64,000 nucleotides of DNA from Lactobacillales bacterium (lineage in GTDB: Bacteria > Bacillota_I > Bacilli_A > RF39 > UBA660): NCBI GenBank assembly GCA_015059545.1, contig SVAG01000001.1:64970-128969 (forward strand). Reading direction: 5' to 3'. Under the pieces are notes generated by a model that made no database searches, was not told the origin of the DNA, and saw nothing but the letters and a program-made list of their open reading frames with translations. The translations under genes were made by a program, and so were the position numbers. This document shows positions 45,853-56,220 of the stretch, in pieces (within the stretch, counting starts at the first letter, position 1; the number at the start of each line of letters is the position of its first letter).

Positions 45853-48162
45853 ATGAATATAGAAAATAATACAATACTAATTGTACCTAACAAATTAAAA
45901 AAAGAAGTACTAAAAAAAATAAAAAAATTAATAAATTTTAAAATAATATCATTAGAAGAATTTATTAAGAATTATTATTTTGATTATGATAATAAAACAA
46001 TACATTGTTTAATGAATAAATATAATCTAAAATATGAAGTAGTAAATATATATTTAAAAAATATTTATTATATAGAAAACAAGGATTATCAAAATGAAAA
46101 ACTAAATAAACTAGTAGAGATAAAAAATGAATTAGAAAATAATAATTTATTAATTAAAAATGATAAATTTAAAGAATATATAAATAATAAAAAAATAGTT
46201 GTTTATGGATACCAATATATAGAAAAAAAATATAGAAAATTACTAGAAGAATTAGGTGCTACTTATATAAAAGAAGATACTACATATAATAATCAAAAAC
46301 TATATGAATTTAAAACAAAAGAAGAAGAAATTGATTTCTTAATATCTAAAATAATAGAACTAAAAGAACAAAATATATCATTAAATAAAATTAAAATAAT
46401 AGATAATGAATATAAAAATGAAATCGAAGAAAAATTAAAATTATATGATATTAATTATAAAGAAGAAATTTCATTATATGGAACAAATATAATCAATTTA
46501 TTTTTAAACAATATAAAAGAAAATATAGAAGAAACGCTAGATATAATAAAAGAAAATATAGATTTAGAAAATGAATTAAATTTAAAAATATATAATAAAT
46601 TAATTAATATATTAAATGAATATACATTTATAGAAAATAAAAATCAAATAAAAGATATGTTAATACATGATTTTAAAAATACTAAAATAATTAAAAATAA
46701 CTATAAAGAAAAAATAGAATTTATAAGTTTAGAAAACAATATTATAGATAGTAATAATCATGTATTCTTATTAGGATTTAATGCTTCTATATATCCTAAA
46801 ATAAGAAAAGATGAAGAATATATAACAGATAATATAAAGGATTTATTAGATTTAGAATTAACAAAAGATATAAATAAAAATATAAAGAAAACTATTATTG
46901 ATAGAATAAGAAAAACAAATAATTTAACAATTACATATAAAACATTTGATATGCAAGAATACTATATATCAAGTTTAAATGAAGAATTAAATTTAGATAT
47001 AATTAAAGATTATAAAATACCATATTATATAAATCTAGATAATAAAATAAAATTAGCTAAAAAACTAGATACATTAAATAAATATAATATTATAGAAGAA
47101 GACTTAAGCTTACTGTATAATAACTATAAAGATATACCATATAATACATATGATAATAAATTTAAAGGTATAAAAAGAGAAAAAGAAAAACTATTATTAT
47201 CATATTCAAGTATGGATAATTACTTTAAATGTGGATTTAAATACTATATAGAAAATGTTTTAAAACTAAATATATATGAAGAAAAATTCGCTAATATTAT
47301 TGGAAATTTATTTCATTATGTACTAGAAAAAGCATTTAAATCAAATTTTAATTTAGATGATACATATAATGAATATTTAAATAGTTTAAATAAAGAATTT
47401 ACTAATAAAGAAAAATTATTCTTAAAAAATTTAAAAGAAGAATTAAAATTAATAATAGATACTATAAATAATCAATTAGACTTAATATCATTAGATCAAA
47501 CATTATATGAAGAAAAAATATATGTAAATAAGAATATCAATGTTACATTTATGGGAATAATAGATAAATTAATGTATAAAGAAAAAGATGGAAAAACATA
47601 TGTAGCAATCATAGACTATAAAACAGGAAACCCTAATTTGAATTTAAATAATATGATATATGGTTTAGATATGCAACTACCTATATATTTATATTTATCA
47701 AAACATACAAATAAACTAAAAAATGTAGAAATAATAGGTTTCTATTTACAAAAAATATTAAATAAAGAAATAACTATAGATAAAAAGAAAACATATTTAG
47801 AACAAAAACAAGATAATTTAAAACTACAAGGATATAGTATAGATAAAGAAGAAGTATTAGAACTATTTGATAAAACATATAGAGATAGTAATTTAATTAA
47901 AAGTTTAAAAATAGGTAATAATGGATTCTATGCATATTCAAAAGTTTTAAATGAAGATACTATAAATAAAATAATAGATTTAGTAGATAAAAAAATAGAA
48001 GAAGCTTCTAATAATATAGAAAAGAATAAATTTGATATAAATCCGAAATCAATAAATAATGAAAATGTATCATGTAAATTCTGTAAATATAAAGATATAT
48101 GTTATAAGAAAGAACAAGATATAGAATATTTAAAAGAATATAAAGACTTAGAATTTTTATAA
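45853..48162 (+). CDS. addB: ATP-dependent helicase/nuclease subunit B (AddB/RexB-like), compact form
   Basis: 769 aa. C-terminal RecB-type nuclease motif GIIDKLMYKEKDGKTYVAIIDYKTG and Fe-S Cys cluster (CGFKYY…CKFCKYKDIC). Immediately precedes addA. Confidence 0.75.
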   Translation: MNIENNTILIVPNKLKKEVLKKIKKLINFKIISLEEFIKNYYFDYDNKTIHCLMNKYNLKYEVVNIYLKNIYYIENKDYQNEKLNKLVEIKNELENNNLLIKNDKFKEYINNKKIVVYGYQYIEKKYRKLLEELGATYIKEDTTYNNQKLYEFKTKEEEIDFLISKIIELKEQNISLNKIKIIDNEYKNEIEEKLKLYDINYKEEISLYGTNIINLFLNNIKENIEETLDIIKENIDLENELNLKIYNKLINILNEYTFIENKNQIKDMLIHDFKNTKIIKNNYKEKIEFISLENNIIDSNNHVFLLGFNASIYPKIRKDEEYITDNIKDLLDLELTKDINKNIKKTIIDRIRKTNNLTITYKTFDMQEYYISSLNEELNLDIIKDYKIPYYINLDNKIKLAKKLDTLNKYNIIEEDLSLLYNNYKDIPYNTYDNKFKGIKREKEKLLLSYSSMDNYFKCGFKYYIENVLKLNIYEEKFANIIGNLFHYVLEKAFKSNFNLDDTYNEYLNSLNKEFTNKEKLFLKNLKEELKLIIDTINNQLDLISLDQTLYEEKIYVNKNINVTFMGIIDKLMYKEKDGKTYVAIIDYKTGNPNLNLNNMIYGLDMQLPIYLYLSKHTNKLKNVEIIGFYLQKILNKEITIDKKKTYLEQKQDNLKLQGYSIDKEEVLELFDKTYRDSNLIKSLKIGNNGFYAYSKVLNEDTINKIIDLVDKKIEEASNNIEKNKFDINPKSINNENVSCKFCKYKDICYKKEQDIEYLKEYKDLEFL

Positions 48163-48172
48163 GGGTGATAGT

Positions 48173-51100
48173 ATGCCAAAATGGACAAATGAACAATTAG
48201 CTGCAATAAATAAAAGTGGTACCAACATAATAGTAAGTGCAGGAGCAGGATCAGGTAAAACTGCTGTACTATCTGAGCGAGTACTTAGAATATTAAAAGA
48301 AGGAACACATATAGATGAACTTCTTGTTTTAACATTCACAAATGCAGCTGCAGCTGAAATGAAAGAAAGAATAAGAAAAAAAATAAAAGAAAATAAAGAA
48401 TTAATAGAAGAACTAGATTTAATAGATTCAGCTTATATTACAACATTTGATTCATTTGCTTTATCAACTCTAAAAAAATATCACTATCTTTTAAATATTA
48501 GTCCCAATGTAAGTATAATAGATGAATCAATTATAAATATAGAAAAAAATAAATTTTTAGAAGAAATATTTGATGAATACTATAATAAAGAAGATAAAAG
48601 ATTTGTAAATTTAATCACAACTTTCTCTACTAAAGATGATGAAACAATAAAAAAAGCAATATTAGAAATATCTAAAAAATTAGATTTAAAAACAGATAAA
48701 GAGTCTTATATAACTAATTATATAAAAGGTAATTTTAATGAAGAAAAAATAAATAATGATATAAAAGAATATGAAAATTTAATAATAAATAAAAAGAATG
48801 AAATTAATGACTTAATGGAAGAATTAAGTTTAGAATTAGACGGAACATATATAGAAAAACTAAATGATTCATTAATAAATTTATTAAATTCTAATAGTTA
48901 TGATGATATAAAAATCAATTTAGAAATAAAATTACCTAGTCTTCCTAAAGGTTCTAGTGATAATGTTAAAGAAATAAAAGAAAATATAAATAAAATAATA
49001 AAAGAATTAAAATCACTTACAGAATTATCTATATCTGAAATAAAAGAAAATATATTAAGTACAAAAGAATATGTAGAAATAATACTAGAAATAATAGAAA
49101 AACTAGATAAAAAAGTAAATGATTATAAATTTAAATATGATATATATGAATTTAATGATATAGCTAAATTATCAATAAAAATAGTAAAAGAAAATGAAGA
49201 AATAAGAAATGAACTTAAAAATAAATTTAAAGAAATACTAGTAGATGAATACCAAGATACAAGTGATATTCAAGAAGAATTTATAAATTTAATAGAAAAT
49301 AATAATGTTTATATGGTAGGAGATATTAAACAATCAATATATAGATTTAGAAATGCTAATCCATATATATTTAAAAATAAATACGATATGTATTCTAAAA
49401 ATATTAATGGAATAAAAATAGATTTAAATAAAAACTTTAGATCAAGAGAAGAAGTACTTGATAATATAAATATAATATTTAATAAAATAATGGATGATAC
49501 GATAGGTGGAGCAAATTATAAAGAATCCCATAACATGATATTTGGAAATAATACTTATAATGAAACAGGTAAAGTAGATAATAATCATAATATGGAAATT
49601 ATAAGTTATGAAGATACAAAAGAATATAAAAAAGAAGAAATAGAAGCATTTATAATTGCTAATGATATAGAAGATAAAATCAAAAATAAATATCAAGTAT
49701 TTGATAAAGATAAACAAGTTTTAAGAAATATTGAATATAGCGACTTTGTAATACTAATGGATAGAACAACTAATTTTGATACATATAAACAAATATTTAC
49801 ATATAAAAATATTCCTTTAATTCAAATAAAAGATGAAAAAATGAATGATGAAATAGATTTATATGTAATAAAAAATTTAATTAAATTAGTATTAAAAGTA
49901 AAAGAAAAAAATTTAGATACAGAATTTAAATATCTATTTATAAGTATAGCTAGAAGCTTCTTATTTAATATAGATGATAATATAATTTATGAAATATTTA
50001 AAAATGAAACATTTAAAGAAAATATTATATATAAATTAATAGAAGAAATAATAAATGATTATGATAATTTAACACCTAAATTATTATTAGATAATTTATT
50101 AGATAAATTTGATTATTATAATAAATTACTTACAATAAAAAATATAGAATCATCATTAATAAGAATAAGTAAATTAAAAGAATATGCATCTAATTTAGAA
50201 ACATTAGGTTATACAATAGAAGACTATAGTAATTATTTAGAAGAATTAATAGAAAATGATTATGAAATGAAATACTCATTAAATGAAGGAAATACTAATG
50301 GTGTAAAAATAATGACTATTCATAAATCAAAAGGATTAGAATATCATATTTGTTATTATAGTGGACTATATAAAACATTTAATATAAGTGATATAAAAGA
50401 AAGATTTACATATGATAATAAATATGGAATTATTACACCATACTTTAAAGAAGGTATAGGAGAAACAATTTATAAACCACTTATGAAAGAAAACTATATA
50501 AAAGAAGAGATAAGTGAGAAAATTAGATTATTCTATGTAGCTTTAACACGTGCTAAAGAAAAAATGATATTAGTAGAACCTAAAAAAGAAGTAATCGAAA
50601 AAACATTAAATAGTAATATAAAAAATAAATACAGAAGTTTTAAAGATATATTAGACTCTATAAAATTTAATATAATTGATTTTTATAATGAAAAAACTAT
50701 TGAATCTGTAAATATAGATAAAAATTATAAAGTAAATAAAAATAATAACATAATAAACGTTATACCGACAAATAATATAAAAGTAGAAGAAAAAAATATA
50801 CAAATTGACAAGCAATTGTTAAAAGAAAATACATATTCTAAAAAACAAGATAATTTAATAACACAAACTATAAAAGAAAATATGGAATATGGAAAACAAA
50901 TACATGAAATATTTGAATTTGCTGATTTTAAAAATAATACTAATGAAGAAATAGAAAAATTCTTAAATCATTTTGATAAAGAAAAATTAAAGAATGCAAA
51001 TATAATAAAAGAATATGAATTTATATATGAAAAAGAAAAAGAAGAATATCATGGAATAATAGATTTATTAATAGAATATGAAGATTATATAGATATAATA

Positions 51101-51244
51101 GATTATAAATTAAAAGATATAAATGATATAGAATATCTAAATCAACTAAAAGGATATAAAGAATATATAGAAAATTTAACAAACAAAAAAACAAATATAT
51201 ATTTATATTCCATTATAAATGATACATTAAAAGAACTTAGTTAA
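48173..51244 (+). CDS. addA: ATP-dependent helicase/nuclease subunit A (AddA/RexA)
   Basis: 1023 aa. UvrD-type Walker A AGAGSGKT, DEYQDTS, HKSKGLE. C-terminal PD-(D/E)xK nuclease GIIDLLIEYEDYIDIIDYK. Confidence 0.88.
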   Translation: MPKWTNEQLAAINKSGTNIIVSAGAGSGKTAVLSERVLRILKEGTHIDELLVLTFTNAAAAEMKERIRKKIKENKELIEELDLIDSAYITTFDSFALSTLKKYHYLLNISPNVSIIDESIINIEKNKFLEEIFDEYYNKEDKRFVNLITTFSTKDDETIKKAILEISKKLDLKTDKESYITNYIKGNFNEEKINNDIKEYENLIINKKNEINDLMEELSLELDGTYIEKLNDSLINLLNSNSYDDIKINLEIKLPSLPKGSSDNVKEIKENINKIIKELKSLTELSISEIKENILSTKEYVEIILEIIEKLDKKVNDYKFKYDIYEFNDIAKLSIKIVKENEEIRNELKNKFKEILVDEYQDTSDIQEEFINLIENNNVYMVGDIKQSIYRFRNANPYIFKNKYDMYSKNINGIKIDLNKNFRSREEVLDNINIIFNKIMDDTIGGANYKESHNMIFGNNTYNETGKVDNNHNMEIISYEDTKEYKKEEIEAFIIANDIEDKIKNKYQVFDKDKQVLRNIEYSDFVILMDRTTNFDTYKQIFTYKNIPLIQIKDEKMNDEIDLYVIKNLIKLVLKVKEKNLDTEFKYLFISIARSFLFNIDDNIIYEIFKNETFKENIIYKLIEEIINDYDNLTPKLLLDNLLDKFDYYNKLLTIKNIESSLIRISKLKEYASNLETLGYTIEDYSNYLEELIENDYEMKYSLNEGNTNGVKIMTIHKSKGLEYHICYYSGLYKTFNISDIKERFTYDNKYGIITPYFKEGIGETIYKPLMKENYIKEEISEKIRLFYVALTRAKEKMILVEPKKEVIEKTLNSNIKNKYRSFKDILDSIKFNIIDFYNEKTIESVNIDKNYKVNKNNNIINVIPTNNIKVEEKNIQIDKQLLKENTYSKKQDNLITQTIKENMEYGKQIHEIFEFADFKNNTNEEIEKFLNHFDKEKLKNANIIKEYEFIYEKEKEEYHGIIDLLIEYEDYIDIIDYKLKDINDIEYLNQLKGYKEYIENLTNKKTNIYLYSIINDTLKELS

Positions 51245-51304
51245 TCTAAGTTCTTATTGATTTTATTAAAGAAATTTGTTAGAATATCATCTACAGGTGA
51301 TAAA

Positions 51305-51829
51305 ATGGAAAAAATATATGTTAGAAATACATGTTCTTCTATGGAGGATTTGTTAGTTAGAAAATATATGTTAGAAAAAGAAGGAATAAAACATATATTT
51401 TGGGATAAAGATGATAGATATGAAGTAGCTGTATGTAGATGTTTAATATTAAAAGATGAAGAACCTATAGGTTTTATAAATATAGTACCAGAAAGAATAC
51501 GAGGAGTTTATTTTTTAGATATGGGAATTGAAAAAACTTTTCAAGGGCAAGGGTATGGTAAATTAGCTTTAAAAGATTTTTTTAGAAAATTTAAATGCGA
51601 TGAATTTATAATTGCAGAAACAAAAAATGATAATGTTTTAGCTAACTCTTCAGCAAATAAATTTGGGGTTTTAGCTTATCAAGAAAATGATCAAAATTAT
51701 TATTTAATGAATAGTGATTTACAAACATTTGAATCAAGTGATGTTTATGAAAATTTTATAGATTATTGTAAAGGAGATAAACCAACTCAAAAAGAATTAA
51801 TTCGTAGCATATTTAATACAGGGAAGTGA
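51305..51829 (+). CDS. GNAT-family N-acetyltransferase
   Basis: Motif A QGQGYGKLAL. Start at ATG 51305 after SD AGGTGATAAA. Confidence 0.7.
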   Translation: MEKIYVRNTCSSMEDLLVRKYMLEKEGIKHIFWDKDDRYEVAVCRCLILKDEEPIGFINIVPERIRGVYFLDMGIEKTFQGQGYGKLALKDFFRKFKCDEFIIAETKNDNVLANSSANKFGVLAYQENDQNYYLMNSDLQTFESSDVYENFIDYCKGDKPTQKELIRSIFNTGK

Positions 51830-51833
51830 TAAT

Positions 51834-52283
51834 ATGAAAAAATATATAATATTAGAATTAATACCAACTGCATCTACTAAAGAAAAAGGAGATATCATAC
51901 AATTATCGGCATTAAAACTAGAAGATTTAAATCTTCTAGATAGATTTGATTATAGATTAGTAGATGAAAAAATACCTTTAACAGAACTTAAAGAAATGAT
52001 AAGTTATGATAAAGAAAACTTTATATATAAAAATGAAACAGAAGAAATATTAGAAGAATTTAAAAAATGGAGTGAAGATTTACCATTATTAATATTAAAT
52101 AATTCTTATACATTAGATTATTTAAAAGAGTTAAATAATAAAAAAGAAGATATTTCTGATTATGTAAAAATACCATTTAGTGATGATATAATAGATAAAA
52201 TTATAGAAAAATATAATCTTCAACCATCTAATTATATAGTAGATTTATTATATGAAGCATTAATATATGAAAGTAATAATTAA
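51834..52283 (+). CDS. Hypothetical acidic protein (149 aa)
   Basis: Start 4 nt after the GNAT stop. No family assigned. Confidence 0.5.
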   Translation: MKKYIILELIPTASTKEKGDIIQLSALKLEDLNLLDRFDYRLVDEKIPLTELKEMISYDKENFIYKNETEEILEEFKKWSEDLPLLILNNSYTLDYLKELNNKKEDISDYVKIPFSDDIIDKIIEKYNLQPSNYIVDLLYEALIYESNN

Positions 52284-52350
52284 TATTACTTTTTTTGTTG
52301 AATAAAATAATTTAAAGTGATACAATTACAATACCAAAAAGAGGTGACTT

Positions 52351-53217
52351 ATGAATAAAACAATTAAAACTATGATATTAAGTATGATAGTAAATACAGT
52401 ACTTTCTATATTAAAAGTAGCAGTAGGAATAATAGGTAAAAGTGGAGCTTTAGTAGCAGATGGATTTCACTCATTTAGTGACTTAATAACAGATATGGTT
52501 GCTATAGTAGGAAGTAAATTAGCTTCTAAACCAGCTGACGATAACCATCCATATGGACATGGAAAAATAGAATATATAACAAGTATGATAATATCAATAA
52601 TGATTATATTTTTAGGATCTACTATAGCTATAAATGCTATAACTGAAAAAGTAACTATTCCAACTAAAATAGTTATTGTAGCAACACTTTTTACTATAAT
52701 ATCAAAATTATTACTATCAAATTATATATTAAAATGTGGAAAAAAATATAATAGTAATATATTAATATCATCAGGATTAGAAAGTAAAACGGACGTTATA
52801 TCATCATTAGTAGTATTAGTATCTGCACTAATTTCATCATTAACTAAATATATTGAAATATTTAAATATGCAGATAAAGTAGCTATGATAATAGTAAGTA
52901 TATTAATAATGAAAACAGGAATAGATTTACTTAAAGAAAATATGAGTAATATATTAGGAGAATCTGAATGTAATACAGAATTAACAAAAAGATTAGAAAA
53001 AATAATTTTAAGTAATAAAAATGTCATAAAAATAGATGAATTAGTATTGATGAAATATGGATCATATTATAAATTAATATCTGATATAGGTATGAATGAA
53101 AATAAAACATTAAAATATGCACATAATGTTTTAGATGAACTAGAAGAACAAATAAAAAAAGAAACAAATATCAAATTTATAACATTCCATGTTAATCCAT
53201 ATAAAGCAGAAAAATAA
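52351..53217 (+). CDS. Cation diffusion facilitator (CDF) family metal efflux transporter
   Basis: 288 aa. TM region with HSFSDLITD and DNHPYGHGKIEY motifs, then a C-terminal cytoplasmic domain. Confidence 0.85.
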   Translation: MNKTIKTMILSMIVNTVLSILKVAVGIIGKSGALVADGFHSFSDLITDMVAIVGSKLASKPADDNHPYGHGKIEYITSMIISIMIIFLGSTIAINAITEKVTIPTKIVIVATLFTIISKLLLSNYILKCGKKYNSNILISSGLESKTDVISSLVVLVSALISSLTKYIEIFKYADKVAMIIVSILIMKTGIDLLKENMSNILGESECNTELTKRLEKIILSNKNVIKIDELVLMKYGSYYKLISDIGMNENKTLKYAHNVLDELEEQIKKETNIKFITFHVNPYKAEK

Positions 53218-53350
53218 AGAAAAAACTTTATTTTTTTTATTATATAAAAGGGTTTATTAAAAATAAACAGTAAGATATAAGTGAAGGTGTGTTATATAGA
53301 AGGAGAAATTATGTTTAAAACTTGAATTTAAATATAAATATTAAAAAAAG

Positions 53351-53387
53351 AAATTTAGTTAGTTACAATTTGTAACCAACTAAATTT
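53351..53387. promoter_or_regulatory. Near-perfect 18-bp inverted repeat (aaatttagttagttacaa t ttgtaaccaactaaattt), a candidate operator upstream of the DinD-like gene
   Basis: 17/18 arm complementarity read directly. Not followed by a T-run, so unlikely to be a terminator. Confidence 0.4.
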
Positions 53388-53508
53388 AAAATCGGTACAT
53401 TATCAATAAGTTTGATAGATGATGGTATATGGAAGTTATTATGAAGAATTTTGGTATTCATTAATTACATAAAAATTAAATTAATACAAAATATAAAAGG
53501 AGAATATT

Positions 53509-54363
53509 ATGAATCAAGATAAAATGTATTTAGTAAATAAAATATTTAATAATGAAACAATTAGAACAATATGGGATAATGAAGACGAAAAATATTATAT
53601 TAGTATTGTTGATATAGTTGGAATTTTAGCAGATAGTAGGGAACCTAGAAAATATTGGAATTGGTTAAAAAATAAAATAAATAAAGAGGAAAAAATTGAG
53701 TTGTCTAGTATTACTAGACAACTCAAATTAAAAGCATCCGATGGTAAATATTATAATACGGATGTATGTGATATAGAGGGGATGTTTAGAATAATTGAAT
53801 CTATTCCAAGTAAAAATGCAGAACCAATTAAAATGTGGTTAGCAAGATTAGGTAAAGAAAGAATAGATGAGACATTTAATCCTTCACTAGCTGCTAAAAG
53901 AGCAATTGATTTATATAGAACAAAAGGTTATGATGAAAAGTGGATTACTAAGAGACTAAAAGGAATTCAAGATAGAAAAGAATTAACAGATGTTTGGAAA
54001 GAAAATGGAATAAATAGTGATAAAGAATATGCAATACTAACTAATGAAATATATAAAGAATGGTCTGGAATGACTGCTAAAGAATATAAAGACTATAAAG
54101 GACTTAGAAAAGAATCATTAAGAGACAATATGGATAGTATAGAAGTAATATTAACAGATTTATCTGAAGAAACAACTAAAAGACTTGCTAAAAAACATAA
54201 ACCTCAGGGATTAGAACAAAATAAAAAGATAGCATCCTTAGGAGGACATGCAGCTAAAGTAGCACGTAAAGACATAGAAAAAAATCTAGGAGAATCAATT
54301 GTTACAAAAGACAATAAATTAAACTATGAATATAAAGATGAAAAGTTAATAGAAAATAAGTAA
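53509..54363 (+). CDS. DinD-like / Bro-N domain protein (DNA-damage-inducible protein D family)
   Basis: 284 aa. N-terminal FNNETIRTIWDNEDEKYYISIVDIVGIL resembles Bro-N/KilA-N. The C-terminal half (…KGLRKESLRDNMDSIEVILTDLSEETTKRLAK…SLGGHAAKVARKDIEKNLGESIVT) parallels E. coli DinD. Confidence 0.6.
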   Translation: MNQDKMYLVNKIFNNETIRTIWDNEDEKYYISIVDIVGILADSREPRKYWNWLKNKINKEEKIELSSITRQLKLKASDGKYYNTDVCDIEGMFRIIESIPSKNAEPIKMWLARLGKERIDETFNPSLAAKRAIDLYRTKGYDEKWITKRLKGIQDRKELTDVWKENGINSDKEYAILTNEIYKEWSGMTAKEYKDYKGLRKESLRDNMDSIEVILTDLSEETTKRLAKKHKPQGLEQNKKIASLGGHAAKVARKDIEKNLGESIVTKDNKLNYEYKDEKLIENK

Positions 54364-54415
54364 ATTTTATGCTATAATTTACAAAGACGAAAACTTTTAA
54401 GGGAGGTTTTAGAAT

Positions 54416-55216
54416 ATGACAGAAATGGAAATAATTAGCGAATTTAAATATAGATATTTAAATGAAAAAACAAATAACTATATATTTTGCCAATTGGAAG
54501 ATTTTAAAGTGATACAAAAAATACCAGATAGATGTAGTATTGAAGAAGCACTTGATGAAATAGATATTGAATACGCACAAAATATTAAAATAAATTTAAA
54601 AGAAATAAATGTTAAAGATATACTAACATATACTTTACAATTGTTAAAAAAATTGTCATTGTTGGATTCAACTTTAGATTATACATTAGAATTTAATAAC
54701 AAATTTGATTTACTAAAATTCCAAAATATTTTACGTAATTATGGTATAGTAGTTCAATTAATTTTTTATAATTTAGAAGATTTAGAATTAAAAGAACAAT
54801 TATTATTTAATGAAATTTATTATTTTAATAGTATATTTTTTAATGCTAATTCATTTATAAAAGATAATAATTTTCAATCATATTTTTTAAATGATGAAAG
54901 AATATTAGATAATAGAGAAAATTATACAAAAATAAAAGCAGTTAATTATAGTTTTATTGAAAAAGTAGAAAAAATGAGAAATCCACATATTAGAGACTGC
55001 GTAAGCTTAGGAGAAAAATATGGAGTAATTGAAGATTATTCACAATATCAAGAAAAAAAAGACTTAGAAGAATATCGAAAATTTATGAACTGCTCAGCTT
55101 ATGATGAAATAAAAGAGGAAGAAGGTTTAAGTTTTCAAAAATTATTAGGTTCTGAACTTAATAATGAATGTGATATGACAGAAGAAAAAGAAAAACAACT
55201 TATAAAAAATAAATAA
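54416..55216 (+). CDS. Hypothetical acidic protein (266 aa)
   Basis: SD GGGAGG. No recognisable domain. Confidence 0.5.
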   Translation: MTEMEIISEFKYRYLNEKTNNYIFCQLEDFKVIQKIPDRCSIEEALDEIDIEYAQNIKINLKEINVKDILTYTLQLLKKLSLLDSTLDYTLEFNNKFDLLKFQNILRNYGIVVQLIFYNLEDLELKEQLLFNEIYYFNSIFFNANSFIKDNNFQSYFLNDERILDNRENYTKIKAVNYSFIEKVEKMRNPHIRDCVSLGEKYGVIEDYSQYQEKKDLEEYRKFMNCSAYDEIKEEEGLSFQKLLGSELNNECDMTEEKEKQLIKNK

Positions 55217-55234
55217 TTTCATTATAAAATAACT

Positions 55235-55262
55235 AGAAAACGAAAATGTTTTCTTTTATTTT
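55235..55262 (+). terminator. Rho-independent terminator
   Basis: agaaaac / gttttct stem with loop gaaaat, then tttatttt. Confidence 0.6.
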
Positions 55263-55341
55263 ACGCAAAAGTGTAAACAATAATAAAAAAATAAAAATTA
55301 AAACTATATTTTTGATATAATAAAGTATAGTGAGGTAGAAT

Positions 55342-56184
55342 ATGAAAGATATAAAATTATTTATAGAAGGATTTATAATAGGAATAGGGAAAATAATTCC
55401 AGGAGTTAGTGGAGCTATGTTTGCTATGATGTTTGGAGTATATGAAAAAGCTTTAGATATCATAAGTAATTTAAGAACAAAATTATTTAAAAACTTTAAA
55501 TTTATGATGATATTAGGTATAAGTATATTGCTTGCTATTATATTAGGAAGTGGTATCATAAAAAAATGTCTAGATAATTATTATCTTCCAACAATGATGT
55601 TATTTATAGGAATGATGTCAGGAGGAATAAAACCATTATGTAATAAAGTTAAAGGTGTAAAAATAGAAAAATCAAATATAATATGTGCTGTTATAGCTGT
55701 AACTGTAATATCAGTTATATCAATACTAGATTTTGGAGTAAATGAAGGTAGTTTAGAAAAAACTCCATTAACAGTATTATTACTTGCTATATCAGGATTT
55801 GTAGATGCATTTGCTACAGTAACACCTGGTATATGTGGAACAGCCCTACTTATGATAATAGGATATTATGATGTAGTAATAACATCACTAGGAGATATAT
55901 TTAATTTTGCTAATTTAGAACATAATTTATTTATATTAATTCCATTTGTAATAGGTTTATTACTAGGAGTATACTTAATATCAAAACTAATAAATTACTT
56001 ATTTAAAAATCATAAAATTAAAACATATTATTCAATAATAGGATTTGCTATTACATCAATAATACTATTATTTAAAGATGTATTAAAAGGTACATATCTA
56101 TTAAATGAAATAATATTATCAATCATATTATTTATAATTGGATATATAATAGTATACTTATTAGAAAGACAAGAGATAGAATAA
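55342..56184 (+). CDS. DUF368 membrane protein (putative polyprenyl-phosphate transporter family)
   Basis: 280 aa, 8 TM helices. The N-terminal GIGKIIPGVSGAMFAMMFGVYE motif is typical of DUF368. Confidence 0.7.
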   Translation: MKDIKLFIEGFIIGIGKIIPGVSGAMFAMMFGVYEKALDIISNLRTKLFKNFKFMMILGISILLAIILGSGIIKKCLDNYYLPTMMLFIGMMSGGIKPLCNKVKGVKIEKSNIICAVIAVTVISVISILDFGVNEGSLEKTPLTVLLLAISGFVDAFATVTPGICGTALLMIIGYYDVVITSLGDIFNFANLEHNLFILIPFVIGLLLGVYLISKLINYLFKNHKIKTYYSIIGFAITSIILLFKDVLKGTYLLNEIILSIILFIIGYIIVYLLERQEIE

Positions 56185-56199
56185 AATCTCTTTTTTTTT
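56172..56199 (+). terminator. Rho-independent terminator
   Basis: agagat / atctct stem, then T9. Confidence 0.55.
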
Positions 56200-56220
56200 A
56201 TATAATGTATTGGTGATAAA

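Noticed and set aside
51834-52283. 149-aa protein as a DnaQ-like 3'-5' exonuclease
   Set aside because: The superficial N-terminal resemblance (IILELIPTAST vs the Exo I motif DxETTG) does not hold. The catalytic D/E positions are not conserved. It is left as hypothetical.
51305-52283. GNAT plus small downstream gene as a GNAT-toxin/antitoxin pair
   Set aside because: In known GNAT toxin-antitoxin modules the antitoxin is upstream and DNA-binding (RHH/HTH). Here the partner is downstream, acidic and has no HTH.
53351-53387. LexA (Cheo) box upstream of the DinD-like gene
   Set aside because: The palindrome core is GTTAC-N5-GTAAC, not GAAC-N4-GTTC. It is reported as an unknown operator rather than a LexA site.
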